Assembly: GCA_025457965.1 (NCBI GenBank)
Contig: JALOTJ010000002.1
Coordinates: 1-59,364, forward strand
Length of the DNA: 59,364 nucleotides
Direction of reading: 5' to 3'
From: Spirochaetota bacterium
GTDB taxonomy: Bacteria; Spirochaetota; UBA4802; UBA5368
The notes beneath the pieces are model-generated. The model worked only from the letters and a program-made list of their open reading frames with translations. It was not told the DNA's origin and made no database searches. Shown here in pieces: positions 1 to 9,673 of the stretch. The translations under genes were made by a program, and so were the position numbers. Position 1 is the first letter of the stretch. Every line of letters begins with the position of its first letter.

Positions 1-696
1 CGGCCCGTGGTGCTCCTGGGGCACAGCCTCGGCGGAGTCATCGCGATGAAGTATGCGCTGACCCACCCTGCTGACCTAAGGGCGCTCGTTTTATCGTCGG
101 CGGGGCTCATCCTCTCCGTTAAGGTCCCCGAGTGGAAGAAGAAGATGGGGCTGTTCTTTGCGCGCCATATCCCCTCGCTGTCGATGCGAAACGAACTCGA
201 CGCCAATGACCTATCGCACGATCGCCTGAGTGTCGATGCCTACGTAAAAGATCCTCTGGTCCACGACCAGGTGACGGCCCGCTGGTATACTGAATTTATC
301 GCGGCCGGGGATGAGTGTCTCAGACGTGCATCCGAACTGCGGATGCCGCTGCTCGTGATCCATGGGAAGGCGGATAAGATGGTGGACTACAGGGGCAGTG
401 AACGCGTTTACGCGGGCGTGTCCACGCCCGCGAAGGACAAGGCGCTCCACATCTTTTCAGGCTTGTATCATGAGACCATGAACGAGACCCCGCCCGAGCG
501 GAAGAAAGTGCTGGATGCCGTGGCGAAGTGGATCGCTGCGCACCTGGGAGCCCGGCCGGCCAGTGCCGCCGGATCCTCAAAGGCGGTTAAGAAAGCGAAA
601 ACAGTGAAAAAAACCGTCGCGAAAACGACGAGAAAATCGCCGGTGAAAAAGGCGGCCGCAAGGCCGGCGAAGAAAAAAACGGCGAAGAAAAGATAA
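1..696 (+). CDS. Alpha/beta hydrolase (lysophospholipase/monoacylglycerol lipase family), 5'-truncated by window edge, with Lys/Ala-rich C-terminal tail
   Basis: GHSLGG nucleophile elbow, HGKADKMV acid motif, YHE catalytic His; frame is open to position 1. Confidence 0.9.
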   Translation, partial: RPVVLLGHSLGGVIAMKYALTHPADLRALVLSSAGLILSVKVPEWKKKMGLFFARHIPSLSMRNELDANDLSHDRLSVDAYVKDPLVHDQVTARWYTEFIAAGDECLRRASELRMPLLVIHGKADKMVDYRGSERVYAGVSTPAKDKALHIFSGLYHETMNETPPERKKVLDAVAKWIAAHLGARPASAAGSSKAVKKAKTVKKTVAKTTRKSPVKKAAARPAKKKTAKKR

Positions 697-720
697 GCGT
701 TTTGTCAAAAGCCCCAAATA

Positions 721-750
721 AAAAAGCCGGGTGGGAGTGCCCGGCTTTTT
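721..750. terminator. Bidirectional intrinsic terminator between the hydrolase and flaB
   Basis: AAAAAGCCGGG-tgggagtg-CCCGGCTTTTT: stem flanked by A and T tracts between convergent genes. Confidence 0.85.
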
Positions 751-778
751 GAATGATACTGCGATGCTGGCTCTGGAC

Positions 779-1627
779 TTATCGTAACAACTGCAAAACC
801 GTCTGCGACTTGGTGTTCGCCTGCGCGAGCATTGCCGTCGCGGCCTGGGTGAGAATCTGGTAGCGTACGAACGACGACATCTGCTCTGCCATGTCGGTAT
901 CGCGGATGCGACTTTCGGATGCCTGCACGTTTTCGTAGGCGTTCATGAGGCCCTTCGCCGCGTGCTCGAGCCGGTTGTAATACGCGCCCAGGTCGGCCCG
1001 CTGCTTGGAGATGATGCGCAACGCCTCGTCGGCGATGCCGATGACCGAGTTGGCCTTGCCGGGCGTCGAAATCGAAATAAAGGTGAGCACGGTGGGGTTG
1101 CGCAGTCCCAGCGCCGCCGTGGTCATGGTCTCAATGAAAACCCGTTCGCGCTGGTGCATGTTCGGACCCATGTGGAACCACATCGACGCCGTCGGGTGCA
1201 GGCGCGCAAACGATCCGGTGAGGAGCTTCATTTTGTTGAATTCCGCCTGCGAGGAGATGCGGTCGATTTCGTCGACGAGTTCGGAAATCTCCACCTGTAT
1301 CTGCTGGCGGTCTTCGGGGGTATAGATGCCGTTGGCCGACTGTACCGCGAGCACGCGTATGCGCTGAAGTATGTCGTGGGTCTGCTGCAGGTACCCTTCG
1401 GCGGTCTGGATCATGGACATGCCGTCTTCGGTGTTGCGTTCCGCCTGGCGGAGGCCGCTTATCTGGGAACGCATCTTTTCGGATACGGCAAGTCCGGAGG
1501 CGTCATCACCCGCCTTGTTGATCCGCAGGCCCGACGACAGCTTCTCGATGTCCTGAGTGATATTCCAGTCGTGGAATTTAAGTGTACGATGGGCGAATAT
1601 CGCGCTCACGTTGTGGTTTATGATCAT
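779..1627 (-). CDS. flaB: Periplasmic flagellar filament core protein FlaB (flagellin)
   Basis: MIINHN start, [28 protein letters not shown]-terminal [12 protein letters not shown]; 282 aa is typical of spirochete FlaB; AAGGAGG SD. Confidence 0.97.
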   Translation of the reverse strand: MIINHNVSAIFAHRTLKFHDWNITQDIEKLSSGLRINKAGDDASGLAVSEKMRSQISGLRQAERNTEDGMSMIQTAEGYLQQTHDILQRIRVLAVQSANGIYTPEDRQQIQVEISELVDEIDRISSQAEFNKMKLLTGSFARLHPTASMWFHMGPNMHQRERVFIETMTTAALGLRNPTVLTFISISTPGKANSVIGIADEALRIISKQRADLGAYYNRLEHAAKGLMNAYENVQASESRIRDTDMAEQMSSFVRYQILTQAATAMLAQANTKSQTVLQLLR

Positions 1628-1649
1628 ATCGTTCCTCCTTGAATTTTCA

Positions 1650-1667
1650 GCTATCGTCCCTGATAGC
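1650..1667 (-). promoter_or_regulatory. Putative CsrA-binding hairpin in the flaB leader
   Basis: Minus strand GCTATC-AGGGAC-GATAGC, with GGA in the loop, just upstream of the GGA-containing SD. Confidence 0.6.
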
Positions 1668-2119
1668 AGCTATGGATAGAGTTGTTGCAAAACCTGGGAA
1701 CATCCGGGTATTTTCCGCCGACGGCGGGTTAAAACCTTCGCGTTCTCCAGTCATGCAAAACGTCTAGTACTCATAGTGATCATCCTGAAGGTCGTCAGTT
1801 TAAAAAATATATTAGAGATCGATTACAGTCGATTATAGATTATTATAGGTATTTATAACTGTTTATGGACATTATTCGTCGTATTTCTATTAAGTTGCAA
1901 TTTTTTATTTTTAGTAAAATTTCTGTTTCATGCGACGTGCCCTGTTATTCCGGCGCTGTTGGTAAGTTTATTGAAATCGGTTTTATTCTCAAAATAGTGT
2001 TGGTGTTCTTCCGGTGTGGAGCATTCCCGGAGGCGGTCGTTTTGTTCTTGTAAATAATGGCGGTCGGCTGTTCTGTGCTGTGAAAACGGATCGTACGGGT
2101 ATCGGTAAAGGTTTTGTAA

Positions 2120-4657
2120 ATGGTAAAAAGATTCGGCGGGTACTCTCCGCGGATGAGATCCCCACTTTCGACACGGCGCGGCGCTTCGCGGCTCCCTGGA
2201 ATTGCGCAATGGGTCATGGACACGCTGGGCGGGTTCTCTTCGCGTGTTCAAAATCCGCGCGCGCTCCTTGTCGGGATCGTGGCAGGGGTGTTGTGCGCCT
2301 TCATCATCATACTCGTTGTGGATTTTTTCCGGGTGAGATCGCTGGCAAGCTTCGAACCCAAGGTGCCCACCAAGATATTCGATAAAAACGGCGTGCTGGT
2401 GGCCGAGCTCTTCAGGCAGAAGCGCGAGGTGGTACCGCTTTCGAAGATTCCCAAAAACCTCGCCCATGCCTTTGTGGCCATAGAAGACACCGAATTTTAT
2501 GAACACTTCGGCATCAATCCGAAGGGCATCGCGCGGGCATTCTTCATAAATGTTTTTTCCGGGCGGATCAGGCAGGGCGGAAGCACCATCACGCAGCAGC
2601 TTTCAAAGATACTCCTGACCTCCGGCGAGAGAAGCATCTATCGCAAGGTCAAAGAGGCATTTATTTCCATAATGATGGAAATTTTCTATACCAAGGACGA
2701 AATACTGACGTTGTACCTCAACCAGATATTTCTGGGGCACGGGGCCTATGGCGTACAGTCTGCATCGCAGTTTTATTTCAACAAGAATGTCTGGGACCTC
2801 AACCTGGCCGAGTGCGCGCTCCTGGCATCGCTGCCTTCGTCGCCCAACAATCTTTCACCGATACGCTTTCCGGAGCGCTCACTCGAGCGGCACAAAATCG
2901 TGCTGGCCAAGATGGTGGAGGCTGGCTACGTCACCATTCCGCAGGCGGAGAAGGCGTACCTCGATTTCTGGCCGGATTATCTCTATTATATAAACGAGCT
3001 ACCCCCGACCATGAATACCTGGTCGTCGAGGATTGACAAGGCGCCGTGGTTTACCGAGTACGTGCGCCGCATGCTGGTTAAAAAGTACGGTGAGGAAAAG
3101 GTGTACGAGGAAGGGCTTCTGGTATATACCACCATGGACCTCACCAAGCAGCTGGCGGCCCAGAAGGTGCTGCCTCCGGCCCTCAAGCGTCAGACGGCGG
3201 TTTCGGGCAGCCTCGCGTTCAGGAGGGAGGACCAGATCACGGAACAGTATGGCCCCCTGGTCGACGTGTTTTCGCTCCTGTTTAACTGCAATCCCTTCAG
3301 GCGGACCGGTTCGCTCGAGGTGAAGAAAGTCAACGATGCGCTTAAAGAAAGGGTGATCGACGAGCTGGAAATCATCAACTATTTTACAGGAGGCGATGCC
3401 CTGGGGGAAACCATCCAGCACTACCGAGTAGGGTATGCCGACGACAAGGATTATCAGAAAGTGGAGGGTTGTCTGATCTCGATCGACCATCGGACCGGTT
3501 ATATCGAGGCGATGATGGGAGGCAGCGAGTTTACGAGCGGCAACCAGCTCAATCGCTCCATGCAGTCAATGCGCCAGCCCGGTTCGGCTATCAAGCCCCT
3601 GCTGTATGCCGCCGCCATGGAATCGAAAAAGTTTTCGCCGGCCACCGCCGTGCTCGATTCGCCACTGGTATACCTCGACACCGAGGGCGGGGACTGGGTG
3701 CCGGAGAACTACGAAGGCGAATATTACGGCCTGCTGCGGCTGCGCAAGGCGCTTTCCCTCTCGATTAACGTAATCAGCATCCGCATCGCCGACACGCTCG
3801 GGATCGAGTACGTTATGCGGTTTTACGGCAAGCTCCTGAAGCTCAGTTCGGCGGACACAAAACGGCGTGTGCCCCGGAATTTTTCCATCGCACTCGGGTC
3901 GTTCGAGGTTTCGCCCTTCGAGCTCGCGCGCGCCTACGCGATCATCGCAAACGGCGGCAGGGACGTCATTCCCTTCAGCGTCAGAAGCGTGAAGGACCGC
4001 AACGGCCGGGTTCTCGAGAACAACGAGGAGGAGATCGCCGCATTGATCAGAAAACGCGAAGCGGACGGTACGATGCAGGTACTCCAGCCGGCAACCGCAC
4101 AGATAATGATCAGTCTTCTGCAGTCGGTCATTTCATCGGGAACGGGGTCGGCGGCATCGATCGGCCGCGCGGCCGCGGGGAAGACGGGCACCACGAATAA
4201 CTGGAAGGATGCATGGTTCTGCGGTTTTTCGCCGTCAATCACCACCTGTATCTGGATGGGCTATGATAAACTGGGGCTTTCGCTGGGCATAGGCCAGGCC
4301 GGGGGGGCCGTTGTTGCGCCCGCATGGGGCGATTACATGCGCGATGCGCTCAGGAACGAGGAGGCATACAGCTTCCCGCAATTCGCGGCCCTTTCGGAAA
4401 AACAGGTATGCGCGATTTCAGGCCTCACCCTGTCGTCGAACTGCCGTAACAGTGTGAGCGAGGTTTTTATTCCGGGGACCGAACCGGAGGAGGAGTGTAC
4501 GCTGTGCCGGGACGCCCTTCACGAGGTGAAGGTGCTCCAGAAGGGCCCGAGGGAGAACATCTCGGGCGGACAGAAAAAGTCGATTATGAAAAACATCAAA
4601 AAGAAAAAGGACACCGATCGCATACTCGACAAGGTCGGCAACGATTTGTTAAACTGA
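2120..4657 (+). CDS. mrcA: Class A penicillin-binding protein (PBP1A)
   Basis: TM anchor, transglycosylase motifs AIED..FYEH.G and QGGSTITQQL, transpeptidase motifs QPGSAIKP, SIN, KTGT. Confidence 0.95.
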   Translation: MVKRFGGYSPRMRSPLSTRRGASRLPGIAQWVMDTLGGFSSRVQNPRALLVGIVAGVLCAFIIILVVDFFRVRSLASFEPKVPTKIFDKNGVLVAELFRQKREVVPLSKIPKNLAHAFVAIEDTEFYEHFGINPKGIARAFFINVFSGRIRQGGSTITQQLSKILLTSGERSIYRKVKEAFISIMMEIFYTKDEILTLYLNQIFLGHGAYGVQSASQFYFNKNVWDLNLAECALLASLPSSPNNLSPIRFPERSLERHKIVLAKMVEAGYVTIPQAEKAYLDFWPDYLYYINELPPTMNTWSSRIDKAPWFTEYVRRMLVKKYGEEKVYEEGLLVYTTMDLTKQLAAQKVLPPALKRQTAVSGSLAFRREDQITEQYGPLVDVFSLLFNCNPFRRTGSLEVKKVNDALKERVIDELEIINYFTGGDALGETIQHYRVGYADDKDYQKVEGCLISIDHRTGYIEAMMGGSEFTSGNQLNRSMQSMRQPGSAIKPLLYAAAMESKKFSPATAVLDSPLVYLDTEGGDWVPENYEGEYYGLLRLRKALSLSINVISIRIADTLGIEYVMRFYGKLLKLSSADTKRRVPRNFSIALGSFEVSPFELARAYAIIANGGRDVIPFSVRSVKDRNGRVLENNEEEIAALIRKREADGTMQVLQPATAQIMISLLQSVISSGTGSAASIGRAAAGKTGTTNNWKDAWFCGFSPSITTCIWMGYDKLGLSLGIGQAGGAVVAPAWGDYMRDALRNEEAYSFPQFAALSEKQVCAISGLTLSSNCRNSVSEVFIPGTEPEEECTLCRDALHEVKVLQKGPRENISGGQKKSIMKNIKKKKDTDRILDKVGNDLLN

Positions 4658-4672
4658 CGGTAAAGGGACGCC

Positions 4673-5236
4673 ATGCAGTCTGAAAAATTTATCCTTAAAA
4701 AGGAAAATACCTGTCTTATGGTCATTGACATACAGGAGCGTCTTTTCAATTCGATGGAATACGACATCCGCAAAAACGTGGTACGGAACATCGGGATCCT
4801 GATCGAAACGGCAAGTACGTTTTCAATGCCGGTTGTCGTCACCGAACAGTACGCCAGAGGGCTCGGCCCTACGATACCGGACATCAGAAATCACCTCTCC
4901 GGAATCGAGGCTTACGACAAGACCTGTTTCAACTGTATGCTGGACGGCGCTATCGAGGAGCGAATCAATTCGCTTGGAAGGAAGACGATCATTCTGTGCG
5001 GCATCGAAACCCATATCTGCGTGCTGACTACGGCGCTGACCCTGCTCGCCAGGGGCTTCCATGTGGTTGTGGCCTCCGACGCGGCGTGCTCTCGCAGGAA
5101 GCACGAGTGGAAGATGGCGATAAGCGCCCTGCGCGATGCGGGCGCGGTCATCTTTCCAACAGAGACGATAGCGTTTATGTTCATTGAGCGTTCCGGGACC
5201 GACGAATTTAAACGGCTTTCGCCGCTTTTCAAGTGA
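4673..5236 (+). CDS. Isochorismatase-family cysteine hydrolase
   Basis: VIDIQE, TEQY..GLG.T, DKTCF, GIETHICV motifs. Confidence 0.9.
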   Translation: MQSEKFILKKENTCLMVIDIQERLFNSMEYDIRKNVVRNIGILIETASTFSMPVVVTEQYARGLGPTIPDIRNHLSGIEAYDKTCFNCMLDGAIEERINSLGRKTIILCGIETHICVLTTALTLLARGFHVVVASDAACSRRKHEWKMAISALRDAGAVIFPTETIAFMFIERSGTDEFKRLSPLFK

Positions 5237-5266
5237 TGTGCGAATCGCCGAATGGAGATTGCTGAC

Positions 5267-5773
5267 ATGATACGATATACGGCGTTCGCTTTCGCGCTGG
5301 TGCTGTGCCTGCCTGCTTTTGGAGGGGAGTCGCCGGCGAAAAGGCTGTTCGTAATAGAGAGAAGCCTGAACAGCAACATGGTCGTTTATGACGCCAACGT
5401 GGTTCCGGGAAGCTTTTTTAACCGCGTCCGGCCCGTCGACGCATACTGGATTATGCGCGAACAGGACAGCCGGCGGGAAGAGCTGAATTATGTTGAGAAG
5501 CGAAGGGCCTATGGTTTCGATATAGAGCCGGTGCGGGAGGGGAGTCACTACCGAATTGCACTACGCTCCTTCCGCCAGAGGACCATCAGCGTGGTGCTGG
5601 AGAACAATCGTCCCAGGGCGATCATAGCTATTAACGGACGACGGAGCTATCTCTCGCGCATTTTTATCGCGACCGGCGGATCATCGCTATTCCCGGTGGT
5701 CAATCATGTGGAGCTCTTCGGAATCGACACGGCCAATGGGGAGCGATTGAGCGAAAAAATTATCGCCCGCTGA
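5267..5773 (+). CDS. Secreted DUF4833-like protein
   Basis: Signal peptide; LFVIERSLNSN.VVYD and EELNYVEK..AYG motifs; GGAG upstream of ATG 5267 (alternative start 5252). Confidence 0.7.
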   Translation: MIRYTAFAFALVLCLPAFGGESPAKRLFVIERSLNSNMVVYDANVVPGSFFNRVRPVDAYWIMREQDSRREELNYVEKRRAYGFDIEPVREGSHYRIALRSFRQRTISVVLENNRPRAIIAINGRRSYLSRIFIATGGSSLFPVVNHVELFGIDTANGERLSEKIIAR

Positions 5774-5785
5774 GCGAGCCTGTCC

Positions 5786-6547
5786 CTACGAAAGGGAATC
5801 CCACCTGATCGTGCGCGCATCCATGACGGGACCATCAACGCAGGTGCGCCTGGGCCCTGAATCGGTCTCGATCGTACAGCCCGAGCAGAGCCCCACGCCG
5901 CAGCCGAAATAATTCTCAAGCGACACTTCCATCGGAGCGGGATTGTCCGCGGCGAGGCGGGCCATGCCCGCCATCATCGGAGTGGGTCCGCAGACGTACA
6001 CGCGGTCGAAGCCGCCCCCGGAGAGCCGTTCGCAGCCGGTCTCGGTGCAGTAGCCGCCGCGCCCTTCCGAACCGTCATCCGTTGAGATAATGAATTCGTC
6101 GACCGCCGAGGCGAATCGATCCCTGCAGTAGATGAGGTCGGCAGTGCGCGCACCGTATACGAAGGTAACGGACGTACCGCGTCTTTTAAGCTCCCGTGCC
6201 AGATAGAAAAGCGGGGCATTACCGACGCCGCCTCCGATCAGGAGCGCGCGACCGCCGTTTATCAGGGTGAATCCCTTCCCAAGCGGCCCGAGCATGTCGA
6301 TGTCCTCGCCGGCGGGAACGCCGCTGATGAGCCTGGTGCCTCTTCCGACAATTCTTATAATGATTTCCATTATACCATCGTTGTAATCGAAAACGGAAAA
6401 AGGCCGGCGCACAAGCGGGTCGGTGCCCGAAGCGGCTTTAATATTGACGAATTGCCCGGGCTCGGGCGCGGGTGCACCGTCGGACCTCAGCTTTAATAGA
6501 ACATGGTCTCTTGCTATGGGTAAAGGCTTTTCGATCATCTGTGCCAT
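5786..6547 (-). CDS. pyrK: Dihydroorotate dehydrogenase electron transfer subunit
   Basis: PGQF, RRPFS, GPLGKGF, GGGVG.AP, CGP.PMM and [2Fe-2S] motif CGVGLCSGC...CVDGPV. Confidence 0.9.
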   Translation of the reverse strand: MAQMIEKPLPIARDHVLLKLRSDGAPAPEPGQFVNIKAASGTDPLVRRPFSVFDYNDGIMEIIIRIVGRGTRLISGVPAGEDIDMLGPLGKGFTLINGGRALLIGGGVGNAPLFYLARELKRRGTSVTFVYGARTADLIYCRDRFASAVDEFIISTDDGSEGRGGYCTETGCERLSGGGFDRVYVCGPTPMMAGMARLAADNPAPMEVSLENYFGCGVGLCSGCTIETDSGPRRTCVDGPVMDARTIRWDSLS

Positions 6548-6876
6548 CTATTTACCGCCATCGGGTTGATGATGAAACAAGCATTCCCTCGCATAAAGAC
6601 TAATACAATACTATTTTCTACCGGGAACTCTTTTATTTACGCCCGGCGGCGATCGTGTTTCTGTTTCGACAGGAGTCGGTTTTACCATAGAACAAGGGCT
6701 TGCCAGCCCTTGTTCCTGCCGGGCGCGGTAAACACCCTCATACACTTGTGACAGTGGCGTGGACTCTTCCCTTTTTCCCGCCGCGCCAGGAGCATCCCGG
6801 GCGCCTGTAAAAAGTGAGTGACTTATACTGGCGCGTTTCGTAGGATACGCGGCATAGAGCAGGTCGGAGGAACCGG

Positions 6877-8460
6877 ATGAAAGCGAAGGGCGGCACGAAA
6901 TCGAACGAATACATCCTTGCAATCGACGTCGGCACACAATCGGTGCGCGCCATTCTGATCGACCCCAGGGGCACGCTGCACGACATCGTCAAGACCCCCA
7001 TCGAGCCGTATTTTTCCGAGCAACCCGGATGGGCGGAGCAGCATCCCGACTATTACTGGAAGACGCTCTGCGTTACGTGTAAAAAGCTTCTCTCCTCGAC
7101 GAAAATCCCGAAAAACTCCATTCGGGGCGTCACCATGACGACCCAGCGCGACACCATGGTGAACGTCGACCGAAACGGCAGGCCCCTCAGGCCCGCCATC
7201 GTATGGCTCGACCAGCGGCGCGCCAGCAAGGGAAGCTGGCCGAACCCGGTACTGAAAACGGCCCTTCGCGCGATGAAGCTCCTGGAGGCCGTGGAATACA
7301 CGATCACCGAGAGCGAGTCCAACTGGATCCGCGAGAACCAGCCTGAGATATGGGAGAAGACTCACAAGTTTCTCTTTCTGTCGGGTTTTCTTACGTACCG
7401 GCTGGTCGGTGAGTACGTCGACTCTACGGGCTGCACGGTGGGATTTGTACCCTTCGATTACAAGACCCAGGCATGGGCAAAACGGTCGGATATGAAATGG
7501 AAGATGTTTCCGATGGACCCTTCGGTACTGCCCGCCCTTGTAAAGCCTTCGCAGATGCTTGGCTCTATCACCAAGAAGGCCTCATCGGAAACGGGAATTC
7601 CGGCTGGCCTTCCGCTCGTCGCGGCAGCGGCCGATAAGGCCTGCGAGGTGCTGGGTTCGGGATGCCTGAGCCCCGAGATCGCCTGCCTTTCGTACGGCAC
7701 GACCGCCACGGTTGAAACAACCAACACCAGATACGTGGAGATCGTCCCGTTTATACCGCCCTATCCGAGTGCCGTCCCCGGCGCCTACAACACGGAGGTG
7801 ATGATCTACCGCGGCTTCTGGATGGTAAGCTGGTTCAAGCGCGAATTCGGCATGCGCGAGGAGTTGATTGCGCAGAAGAGGAAGATAAGCCCCGAACAAC
7901 TCTTTGATGATCTGGTGGCGGACATTCCGCCGGGCTCGATGGGTCTCATGCTCCAGCCATACTGGTCGCCCGGCCTGAAGATACCCGGACCGGAAGCGAA
8001 GGGCGCGGTGATCGGCTTCGGCGACGTGCACACCCGGGCGCACATCTACCGCTCGATCCTGGAGGGTCTGGCCTACGCGCTCAAGGAGGGGGCGATGCGC
8101 ACCGAAAAGCGCAACGGTGTGAAGATCGAGCGGGTGCGGGTTTCCGGCGGTGGCTCGCAGAGTGCCGTGGCAATGCAGCTTACCGCCGATATTTTCGACA
8201 TGCCGACGGAGCGGCCCCATACCTACGAAACCTCGGCGCTGGGCGCCGCCATTGATGCAGCGGTGGGCCTTGGAATCTACCCCGATTTTCCCGCCGCCGT
8301 GAAGGCGATGACGCGTATCGGCAAGGTGTTCGATCCGATCCCTAAAAACAGGGACATCTACCGCGAACTCTTCGAGAAGGTTTACCTGAAGCTGTATGAC
8401 CGCCTGAAGCCCCTGTATGAGGATATTCGCGAGATTACTGGCTATCCGCCGAGGCGATAG
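6877..8460 (+). CDS. FGGY-family carbohydrate kinase (YgcE-like)
   Basis: AIDVGTQS, GWAEQ, AIVWLDQR, SGGGSQS, ETSALGAA. Confidence 0.9.
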   Translation: MKAKGGTKSNEYILAIDVGTQSVRAILIDPRGTLHDIVKTPIEPYFSEQPGWAEQHPDYYWKTLCVTCKKLLSSTKIPKNSIRGVTMTTQRDTMVNVDRNGRPLRPAIVWLDQRRASKGSWPNPVLKTALRAMKLLEAVEYTITESESNWIRENQPEIWEKTHKFLFLSGFLTYRLVGEYVDSTGCTVGFVPFDYKTQAWAKRSDMKWKMFPMDPSVLPALVKPSQMLGSITKKASSETGIPAGLPLVAAAADKACEVLGSGCLSPEIACLSYGTTATVETTNTRYVEIVPFIPPYPSAVPGAYNTEVMIYRGFWMVSWFKREFGMREELIAQKRKISPEQLFDDLVADIPPGSMGLMLQPYWSPGLKIPGPEAKGAVIGFGDVHTRAHIYRSILEGLAYALKEGAMRTEKRNGVKIERVRVSGGGSQSAVAMQLTADIFDMPTERPHTYETSALGAAIDAAVGLGIYPDFPAAVKAMTRIGKVFDPIPKNRDIYRELFEKVYLKLYDRLKPLYEDIREITGYPPRR

Positions 8461-8688
8461 CCAGCGGGCGGACCCGGCGGCGCCGTATGCGCGGAAAGGC
8501 CTGCCGGTCGCACAACTGTCGCCCCTTTCCCGCGATGGATTGGCGCCGGCTGGTCCTCCCGGGCCCGCGCCATGCGCGTGCTCTATCCCGCGTGACGGAA
8601 TGAACTCTGCGGCGTACGGTTGCGGCCGGAGCGTCTGTCTCCTTCGCGGGGACGCATAACACGCCTGCGAACCGGCGCCAATTAATGA

Positions 8689-8717
8689 TTGACCTCGATA
8701 TTATCATACAATACTAT
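8689..8717 (+). promoter_or_regulatory. Sigma70-type promoter for the hypothetical gene at 8871
   Basis: TTGACC-17 nt-TACTAT. Confidence 0.55.
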
Positions 8718-8870
8718 TACAGCGAATGTATAGAATCGTAACACGCGCGCCTGTCCGGGCAGTTGCCCGGCCGGGCTTCCGTATTCGCTATTGTCGCAGT
8801 ACCAAAATTTACCGTCACTCCGGGGATGTTTATGAAAACGATAAACAAAATCAGGGAAGGTGAAAACACC

Positions 8871-9626
8871 ATGAAGAGTCTGGTATATGAACTGGAAGAG
8901 GCTTTTTTCACGGTAGTAAAAGGCGCCTATCCCGGTTCATGGGAGGATGCAGGCATTACCCGGTCGCTCATCATGGAGATTGCCGGGATCATGAATGAAC
9001 GACAACTGCGGACTCCCGGTAATCTTGTAAAGACTAACTGGAGACCTCTGCAGCTGGCCGGTGAGCCGGAGAGCGAGCTCTGCTCGATGGCGATGCTTTT
9101 CAGGATACGCTACCACGACGGGCAGGCCGTAGAGGGCGCCTCGTTTATCCAGGCGCGCGCCAAAGACCCCGGAAGGAACAGCTTCTCTTCGATAAAAAAA
9201 GACCAACTGAAGCGCGTACAGTCAATCGCACATCACAGCCAGCTTCTGCTGTATGATTATGACAATATCACGGGTATGGCTTTTCCGGCGACGGCGGAAT
9301 CGGTTCTGGGCGCGTATCCGGCAAGCTGGAACAGGTGGGCCCCTTACACCGTCGCCGCGGTAACGCCTTCCCATTGTGCCCTCGCCCTTGGCTCAAAGGA
9401 CGCAGCTTTGTACAAGACCTCGCTTCCGTGGTCGTACCAGCTCTGCTTCCGGAATTTCTACGGGCTCGATCTCGACTATGGCGATATTGCGGTGGATACC
9501 GCCCGCGGTGTCAGGTTCGAGAAGGGCCGTGCCCGTTATCTCGTTCTGGTTTCCGTCGCGCACGGCGGGGCCGATCTCGACGAGAGCTTCGATTTCGATC
9601 GTGCCGCGTACACGGAGATGAGTTGA
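8871..9626 (+). CDS. Hypothetical protein, possible degenerate PD-(D/E)xK nuclease fold
   Basis: Long ORF with its own promoter and GAAGGTG SD; pattern ESELCSMAMLF...EGASFIQAR resembles E-x-x-x-GD...(E/Q)AK. Confidence 0.7.
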   Translation: MKSLVYELEEAFFTVVKGAYPGSWEDAGITRSLIMEIAGIMNERQLRTPGNLVKTNWRPLQLAGEPESELCSMAMLFRIRYHDGQAVEGASFIQARAKDPGRNSFSSIKKDQLKRVQSIAHHSQLLLYDYDNITGMAFPATAESVLGAYPASWNRWAPYTVAAVTPSHCALALGSKDAALYKTSLPWSYQLCFRNFYGLDLDYGDIAVDTARGVRFEKGRARYLVLVSVAHGGADLDESFDFDRAAYTEMS

Positions 9627-9673
9627 GCGTCGATGCTGACCGCTCCGGATGTGCCTGGGACTGAAGTTTCTTA

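Noticed and set aside
8539-8682. 11-bp inverted repeats (ATTGGCGCCGG / CCGGCGCCAAT) bounding 144 bp, suggesting a MITE or ncRNA
   Set aside because: No target-site duplication, no second copy in the window, and a self-palindromic GC core that makes chance likely
6603-8718. Identical 13-mer ATACAATACTATT at 6603 and 8706
   Set aside because: At 8706 it is explained by a -10 element; matches of this length can occur by chance in 59 kb
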